64,000 bases of DNA from an archaeon (GTDB lineage Archaea > Micrarchaeota > Micrarchaeia > Norongarragalinales > UBA97): positions 32,001-96,000 of the forward strand of contig JAGVFW010000013.1 in assembly GCA_020057405.1 (NCBI GenBank), written 5' to 3'. The notes below the pieces were generated by a model. It saw only the letters and a list, made by a program, of their open reading frames with translations, was not told the origin of the DNA and made no database searches. Shown one piece after another: positions 57,949-64,000 of this stretch (position 1 is the stretch's first letter; the number at the start of each line of letters is the position of its first letter). The translations under genes were made by a program, and so were the position numbers.

Positions 57949-58859
57949 AGGTATCTGCTATTGCGGTTGCTGCGCTCTTGCTAACGGGTTTTGCCAGCGC
58001 CTTTGACGGATGCCAGGACAACGGCTGCAACGATTTGCTGTGCAAGATTGCGGGATTGCCAAACGCGATTCAGTGCGCGCTGGAAACCGGGATAGCAAGC
58101 CAGCTTGAAAACGCGGTGACCGGCATTCTCTCGCGGGTCACGCAGTTTATTGTCGGAAGCCCGCCCCTTGACGGCAGTTCGACTAGGGAACTGTTTTCGC
58201 TCGTGTCGTTTTTGGTCGAACTCTTGTTCGTGCCAATCCTGATGCTAAACGGCTTGAAGCTCACGTACTCGAGCATGTTTAGCGCGCAAGAACGCGCGGA
58301 GGCAAAAGACGAGGTAAGGCAAGTTCTCGTGGCAATGGTGCTCGTGTGGGCGGCCTACGACTTGTACGCGCTTGCAACTGACGCGACAAACGCTTTTTCC
58401 GCCGCTTTGGCCCCGAGCCAGGCGGACTGGAATAATGCAGTAAACGCGAGTGCGGGCTTGTCCGGAATTGGGAACCTGGTTTTGCTCGGGTTAATCGTGT
58501 TTTCGCTACAGTTTTTCGCGTTTACGGCTTTCGCGAGATATATTCTGGCTTACGTCGGGCTCTTTACGCTAGTAATCTCGATGCCGCTTGAGGCGCTTCC
58601 CGCAACTTCCGGAATTGGTAGGGCAATGCGGAACCTAGTCGTGGCAAACTTCATCGTGCAAATTCTCCAGGCACTTTTCCTCAAAATTGCGGTAACAAGC
58701 ATCGCGGACTTGAACACGAGCTACACTTACAAGTTCGCTTTCATTACGGGAGTTCTTTTGGTCGGGGCACTGGCGGGAATAGTGGTTTACGCCGCGGCCC
58801 TGCTTTCGTCAATTTCGAGGAGTCCGGCCGCTAGGATGCTTGCTTACGCGGCGAGGTGA
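57945..58859 (+). CDS. VirB6/TrbL-like polytopic membrane protein
   Basis: Multiple TMs, RAEAK, FARYILAY..PL..LPAT; position in the T4SS-like operon. Confidence 0.65.
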   Translation: MKVSAIAVAALLLTGFASAFDGCQDNGCNDLLCKIAGLPNAIQCALETGIASQLENAVTGILSRVTQFIVGSPPLDGSSTRELFSLVSFLVELLFVPILMLNGLKLTYSSMFSAQERAEAKDEVRQVLVAMVLVWAAYDLYALATDATNAFSAALAPSQADWNNAVNASAGLSGIGNLVLLGLIVFSLQFFAFTAFARYILAYVGLFTLVISMPLEALPATSGIGRAMRNLVVANFIVQILQALFLKIAVTSIADLNTSYTYKFAFITGVLLVGALAGIVVYAAALLSSISRSPAARMLAYAAR

Positions 58860-58865
58860 AAATAA

Positions 58866-59900
58866 ATGGAAGGGGAGTTTGGAAAAGGGCTGTTGTACGA
58901 AGTGCCGGAGGAACTCCGCCACGAGGAGCGGGTGCTGTGGGTGTTTTCGTTACGGCAACTGCTCATACTCCTGCCATTTGCCATCGTGGCGCTGGCTTGC
59001 TTCCTGGGACTCGAGAACCTGGACTTTAAGGCGCGGCTCGCGATTCCGGCAATCATCTTATTTGCGGGTTATGCGCTTGCCTGCATTAAACCCGTGCAAG
59101 AGGCGGCTTGGCGCCACGTCAAGTACTTGATCACGCCTAGGCGGACAAGCTGGCGCGAGCCCCTCGCATCCGCTCACTTCGTCGGGGTTGAGGAAGTAAA
59201 AGCCAACGCGGTCTTCACTTCTGACGGCCACCTGCTTTCAGTGCTTTTGGTGACGCCCCTTGACTACAGCGTGCTTGGAGAGGACCAGAAGCACGCGCTC
59301 GTCTACGGCTACCGCTCGTTTCTAAACGCAATCTCGTTTCCAGTGCAGGTGGTGATGCGCACGACGAAAGTCAACTTGAAAGAGTATTTTGCGAAAGCCA
59401 AGGCAAAGGCCGCTAAGGCGGGTGATTCTGCGGCGCTATTGGAAATTAGCAAGTTCGAGCAGTTCGTCGAAGACTTCATCTCTTCGCGGGGAGTCAATGA
59501 CCGGCTGTTTTACCTCGTAATCCCGCAGGAGAAGGGAAAAGACCTCGAAAAGTCGTTGCGAGAGCTTGAAAACAAGACTGCCGTGTGCTGCGAAAAACTG
59601 GCGGCAATCGGCATTGCGTGCCGGAGGCTGGACGACAACTCACTAGTCTCGCTTTACGCAAGCTTTTTCGGGGGATTCGTGGAAGCCGGAGCCGATTACC
59701 TATCGCTCTTGACTTTCCTTGACTTTGCGCAAGAGCAACGGGAAAAACTCGAGGCTGCGGGAGCGAAAATGCGGGCTAAAGCCGTTTTCATTGGAATGGA
59801 GGTCGAACAAAGTGCTGGAAAGACTGTTTGGAAGGAAAAGGGAAGAACCGAAGCTCAAGGAAAGGCTATTGCCGTACCTGCTGGCGCCCTCAAGCATTGA
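58866..59900 (+). CDS. PrgI/VirB3-like membrane protein with cytoplasmic domain
   Basis: YEVPEELRHEE..FSLRQL, two TMs, FLNAISFPVQ, FYLVIP. Confidence 0.7.
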   Translation: MEGEFGKGLLYEVPEELRHEERVLWVFSLRQLLILLPFAIVALACFLGLENLDFKARLAIPAIILFAGYALACIKPVQEAAWRHVKYLITPRRTSWREPLASAHFVGVEEVKANAVFTSDGHLLSVLLVTPLDYSVLGEDQKHALVYGYRSFLNAISFPVQVVMRTTKVNLKEYFAKAKAKAAKAGDSAALLEISKFEQFVEDFISSRGVNDRLFYLVIPQEKGKDLEKSLRELENKTAVCCEKLAAIGIACRRLDDNSLVSLYASFFGGFVEAGADYLSLLTFLDFAQEQREKLEAAGAKMRAKAVFIGMEVEQSAGKTVWKEKGRTEAQGKAIAVPAGALKH

Positions 59901-62097
59901 AAACAAGCCAGACTACATAAAAATCGGCGAGCAGTATTGCCGCGTAATCGCAGTGCTTGGCGTCCCGCGAGTTGTGCGCGCTGGTTTTCTTAACGCGCTG
60001 ATGATGCAGCAAGGCGATTTTGACGTGAGCATTCACGCTAGCCCGCGGCAAGTTGAGGACACTATAGCTGAACTAAACCACGAGCTGGTCAAGATGGCCG
60101 CGGACCTCTACTCGATGGAAAGCAGGGGCGACGTGGTGCCACCTAGCCTGAAAATGAAGTACGACGACACTATGCGCATCCTACAGCTGCTGCAAAGCGG
60201 GGAGGAAAAGCTCTTCGACTTCTCCCTCTACATCAACATTCGTGCAAAAAGCCCGGAAAAACTAGACGAGATGACCGGGAGAATGGGCGCGACCCTAGGG
60301 CAACTGGCGCTTCTTTACAAGACTATGGATTTGCAGATGCACGAAGCGCTTCCAAGCGTCCTCCCAATCGCCAGAAACCGGCTCGGCATCACCCGAAACA
60401 TGACGAGCTCGGCCCTCGCAGCGTGCTTCCCCTTCACAACAAGCAACCTGCAGGTAATGGAAAACGGGATAGTAATGGGCGTAAACGACCTCACAGGCAT
60501 TCCGATAATCATAGACTTGCACGCCCTCCAGAATTCAAACGCCTTGGTGCTCGGAGGCAGCGGCAGCGGAAAGAGCTTCAGCGTAAAAACCATTCTCTTG
60601 CGCTTGAGGCGCAACGGCACGCGCGTCTACGTAATAGACCCGCAAGGAGAGTACGCCAAGCTCGCCAAGAAATTTGGAAAAGGCGCGCAAGTAGTCGGAT
60701 TCAACCCGCAAGACAACAACGCGATAAACCCATTTGACCTAAACGGGCTGCGGCTAAGTGAGAAAGTCCACTCGCTGATGAGCCTATACTCCATAATTTG
60801 CGGCGAACTTTCCCCGGCCCAAAAAAGCCTGCTTGACGAAGCCACTTACGCAATTTACGAGGAACGCGGAATAAGTGACTTTACGCAAGCGAATGAAAAA
60901 ACTAGGATGCCGACCTTTCGCGACCTGCACGACTACTTCAGCAAGAAAGCAAACTCGCCGAATGACCTGATGCAGTCGCGTTCAACTGCTTTGGCGCTCT
61001 TAAACCGCGTAAAACCGTTCGCGACCGGCTCGATGAAGTGCTTCGACTCGCAGACTAGCGTAGACCTGGCGGCTGACTTCGTCGTTTTTGACGTCTCCTA
61101 CTTTATCGACAAGATGCAGACGGTCGCGCCCCCCGCGATGTTCATCGTACTCGACTTTTTACTCAACAAGATGAAGGAAGACTCACGCCAGAGAAAAGCA
61201 ATAGTGGTCGACGAAGCCTGGCGCCTTTTGCGTGGCCCCAGCATTTCGGAATACCTCCTCTTGTTCGCAAAAACAGCCAGGAAGTACAACACTTCCCTAC
61301 AAATAATCACCCAAGAACTAGGCGACCTTGGCAAAAGCGAGGCCGGAGCGGCGGTTCTGGCCAACACGTCAGTAAAACTAGTGCTGAGGCAAGAACCCTC
61401 TGAAATAGAAGCCGTTGGAAATGCGCTCAAGCTAAACGCGAACGAAAAAAACCGCCTTCTCTCGGCACAACCGGGCCACGGCGTGCTGTTCATCGAGAAT
61501 TCCCGCATTCCGTACTACAGCATCCACATGCCTGAAGAAAAGGAATTCATTTCAACAAAACCAGAAGAAATGACGAGCCTAGAAAAAGAACACGCGGTCG
61601 TCAGGGCGGTTGAAGAGCAAGCGCCATTCGAGAAACTCGACTTCGAGAACGGCTTTTACAAGCGCGGCGACCTCACGCCCGGAGAGGTCATGCTATTGCT
61701 CAAAAATGGCTTTACCGTGGCGACAGCCTACGACATTCGGCTCATGCGGCCAGTTGACTTCGTAGTAAAACCCAAGGCACCGGAAAGCGCGCAGCACACA
61801 ATCTACGTGACTCAAGTCGAACGCCTAATTCGAGAACACACATCTAACGTAAAGGTGAACGTGGGCAACGATGCCGACATCGTCTTTGTTGACAAAGACG
61901 GTAAGAAAATTGCGCTCGAAATTGAGACGGGAATGCGGCGCGACTACCTGCTCAAAGCCAACTCCGCACACCTGCGAAAGTACGACGAGGTATACTTCCT
62001 GGTTACGAGCGTGCACTTGGTGGAAAAATACCGGAAAATAGGGAGGGTGCTGACGAGGTCGGAAGTCCAGAGGTTTGTGGAAGAGAGATTGAACTAG
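59812..62097 (+). CDS. VirB4-like ATPase with C-terminal PD-(D/E)xK-like domain
   Basis: FPFT, GGSGSGKS, IDPQGEY, VVDEAW, ARKY, ITQ; tail H...ADIVF..IALEIETG; GTG start with GGAGGT SD. Confidence 0.88.
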   Translation: MLERLFGRKREEPKLKERLLPYLLAPSSIENKPDYIKIGEQYCRVIAVLGVPRVVRAGFLNALMMQQGDFDVSIHASPRQVEDTIAELNHELVKMAADLYSMESRGDVVPPSLKMKYDDTMRILQLLQSGEEKLFDFSLYINIRAKSPEKLDEMTGRMGATLGQLALLYKTMDLQMHEALPSVLPIARNRLGITRNMTSSALAACFPFTTSNLQVMENGIVMGVNDLTGIPIIIDLHALQNSNALVLGGSGSGKSFSVKTILLRLRRNGTRVYVIDPQGEYAKLAKKFGKGAQVVGFNPQDNNAINPFDLNGLRLSEKVHSLMSLYSIICGELSPAQKSLLDEATYAIYEERGISDFTQANEKTRMPTFRDLHDYFSKKANSPNDLMQSRSTALALLNRVKPFATGSMKCFDSQTSVDLAADFVVFDVSYFIDKMQTVAPPAMFIVLDFLLNKMKEDSRQRKAIVVDEAWRLLRGPSISEYLLLFAKTARKYNTSLQIITQELGDLGKSEAGAAVLANTSVKLVLRQEPSEIEAVGNALKLNANEKNRLLSAQPGHGVLFIENSRIPYYSIHMPEEKEFISTKPEEMTSLEKEHAVVRAVEEQAPFEKLDFENGFYKRGDLTPGEVMLLLKNGFTVATAYDIRLMRPVDFVVKPKAPESAQHTIYVTQVERLIREHTSNVKVNVGNDADIVFVDKDGKKIALEIETGMRRDYLLKANSAHLRKYDEVYFLVTSVHLVEKYRKIGRVLTRSEVQRFVEERLN

Positions 62098-62150
62098 CCC
62101 GGAAAGGTGCTTTCGCAAGCAATTTAAACACGCACTACAACTTATTATAG

Positions 62151-62399
62151 GTGATTACAGTGGATTATACTACCATTCAAATCAGCACAAACATCCGCAA
62201 TAGGCTTACTGAACTCAAAGACTCGCCCCGCCAGACTTACGACGAGGTTCTAGAAAAGCTCATAGAACTTGTCCCGAAAGGAGATGAAGAAGGAGAATAC
62301 AAACCCGCTTTCAGAGGCAGCATCCTGCGCGGACTCCTTGACGCACGACACTCGAAAACCACAGCGCTGGCAGAACTGGAGAAACAATTCGGAACGTGA
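62151..62399 (+). CDS. antitoxin
   Basis: TTIQIS..RLTELK..TYDEVL; ends LAELEKQFG; overlaps the RelE gene. Confidence 0.75.
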   Translation: MITVDYTTIQISTNIRNRLTELKDSPRQTYDEVLEKLIELVPKGDEEGEYKPAFRGSILRGLLDARHSKTTALAELEKQFGT

Positions 62400-62656
62400 A
62401 ACTCATGGCCTACTCCGTTCAGTTTTCGCAGGAAGCACGGGCAAACCTAGAGAAACTAGATCCACCTACGGCACGCAGAGTGATTGAAAAAATAAAGGTT
62501 GCAGCGGCAGACCCCTTTCACTATTTCAAGCGGTTAACCAACAGCGAACTCTACAAGCTTCGCGCCGGCGATTGGCGCATCCTCGCACTCATCAACCCCA
62601 CAAACGATACCCTATTCATCGTCACCCTAGGTCATCGTAAGAACATCTACGAGTAG
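62396..62656 (+). CDS. relE: RelE/ParE family toxin
   Basis: YSVQFSQEA, YKLRAGDWRI, LGHRKNIY. Confidence 0.9.
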   Translation: MKLMAYSVQFSQEARANLEKLDPPTARRVIEKIKVAAADPFHYFKRLTNSELYKLRAGDWRILALINPTNDTLFIVTLGHRKNIYE

Positions 62657-64000
62657 GGCAAGCCGTCAGCCACTTCTAGTGCTTTCTCCCTCACCATCGC
62701 CGCCGACAATCCAGCGTCAACCACGCGAATTAACCTCCATCCTTTTTTGGCCAACAGCGTTTCCTTTTCTCCGTCGCGTGCTTTTTGCTTGTCCTTTGCG
62801 TGAAAGAACGCCCCATCCCACTCCACCGCAAGCTTCCTTTCAGGAAAAGTGACGTCAATCTCGAAAGGCGGTAACACCGTCCTGTCGGAAAAAACTATCT
62901 TCTCGGCCGGCAAAAGCCTGCGAAGCTCTTCATAAAACAAGCGCTGGTTGAAGGAACCGGAAATGAACGGCGCCTCGGCTTCAGCGTTCTCCTTCACGCC
63001 GTCCTCCCACAACGGCTTAACGCGCACTTTAGTCACCTCACGCTTGACACTCGTCGAGAAAAGCGCCTCGAACTGCTGAAGGGAATGCAATTCCTCCTCA
63101 ACCAACCTCGCCTTGTCAGAATACTTTCCGCCGCAAAGCAAAGCAACCGCGTAAGCAGCGTCGTCAGGCTCGCGCGTCAAAAACACGGCATTAACCGCAC
63201 AGTTAGCTGCAAGCGCCGGGTCAAGCGCTTTCACGCTCTGGCTTACGACAATCAAACCGAGCCGAAACTTTCGCGCTTCGCGTAATACCGTCGCGACGTA
63301 CGACGGCTCTTCTTCAGTGCCAACGCAGAGCTTCTGCGCCTCATCTACCAAAGCAAACAAAACCGGCAGGTTTTCAAGCGACTGACAGTAAGAATAGAGC
63401 TTACGCAAGAAAACCTCGGCAAAAACAGCTTGCGCGTCAGCCGACCGCAACCCCTTAAGCTCAAAACAACAGGTCTGACCCGTGACAACCGAAAACGGAA
63501 CCTGCGTTTTTGAAGAGAACACCCCGCTTAGAGAAATCATGTCGAGCCTGCGCTTCAACGAAAAGAGACTCGCGTCCGGCTTCTTCTGGCTCGACAAAAG
63601 AAAACTACAGTACGCCGACACTTCAGGAAGAGAAGGCGGCCGCCTGTTCCACGAACCCCTATCACCATCGCGAAAACCCCGCTCCTCAAACGCACCCTTG
63701 ACGCATTTGGCCAAAAAATACGCTTGAATATCCCCAAGCCCTAAAACCCGCTTTAACATGGAAGAGCTTTCCGCAGATTTTTCAGCCGGCGTACAACCAT
63801 CCAACTCAAAAAGCGCAAGATTGACTTTTCGAGCATCAAACACCCGCCCCCCACACGCACGAACGACGCCAGCGTACTCCTCGTGCGGGTCAAGCACGAC
63901 CACTGGCGCCCCCGCTTTCGTCAACCCATAAACCAAGCGCTTCGCCAAAGTCGACTTACCAGAACCACTCGCCCCCACAATCAAGGTGGAAGGCGCCTGC
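62647..64000 (-). CDS. HerA/VirD4-like ATPase fused to Vsr/DUF559-like endonuclease (5' end outside window)
   Basis: GASGSGKS, LDPHEEY, VDEAQ, EARKF, VSQ; tail EIDV..LAVEWDGAFFH..RD..KGWRLIRV; frame open to the window edge. Confidence 0.85.
   Translation of the reverse strand, partial: QAPSTLIVGASGSGKSTLAKRLVYGLTKAGAPVVVLDPHEEYAGVVRACGGRVFDARKVNLALFELDGCTPAEKSAESSSMLKRVLGLGDIQAYFLAKCVKGAFEERGFRDGDRGSWNRRPPSLPEVSAYCSFLLSSQKKPDASLFSLKRRLDMISLSGVFSSKTQVPFSVVTGQTCCFELKGLRSADAQAVFAEVFLRKLYSYCQSLENLPVLFALVDEAQKLCVGTEEEPSYVATVLREARKFRLGLIVVSQSVKALDPALAANCAVNAVFLTREPDDAAYAVALLCGGKYSDKARLVEEELHSLQQFEALFSTSVKREVTKVRVKPLWEDGVKENAEAEAPFISGSFNQRLFYEELRRLLPAEKIVFSDRTVLPPFEIDVTFPERKLAVEWDGAFFHAKDKQKARDGEKETLLAKKGWRLIRVVDAGLSAAMVREKALEVADGLPYS

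Overview
Archaeal chromosome segment, most likely a DPANN lineage (Micrarchaeota-like; this is inference from gene content). The housekeeping backbone includes rps19e-PDCD5-rpl39e-rpl31e-eIF6-pfdA-ftsY, srp54, rtcA, RPA, GGGP synthase, a bacterial-type thrS, purE and glmU/glmM-like genes. There are four tRNAs, one being a tRNA-Ile(UAU) split by two BHB introns. Four accessory blocks stand out. (1) A ~5.3-kb integrase element in tRNA-Phe, bounded by a 21-bp att repeat, carries an ATPase-less double Cdc48 N-domain protein and a Schlafen/AlbA_2 protein. (2) An AT-rich block between two KaiC-like ATPases couples V4R and FIST sensors to an uncharacterised Rossmann enzyme and a LuxE/LuxC-like acyl-reductase pair, with no luciferase in the window. 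(3) Four tandem wHTH regulator paralogues sit divergent from three operons that share a palindromic operator; these encode a CARDB protein, a viperin-like radical SAM enzyme + Nudix, and an NMP kinase + HD hydrolase. (4) A VirB2/VirB6/VirB3/VirB4-like module converges on a HerA-like ATPase, and both ATPases carry C-terminal nuclease-like domains. All calls come from motif recognition by eye; no searches were run.
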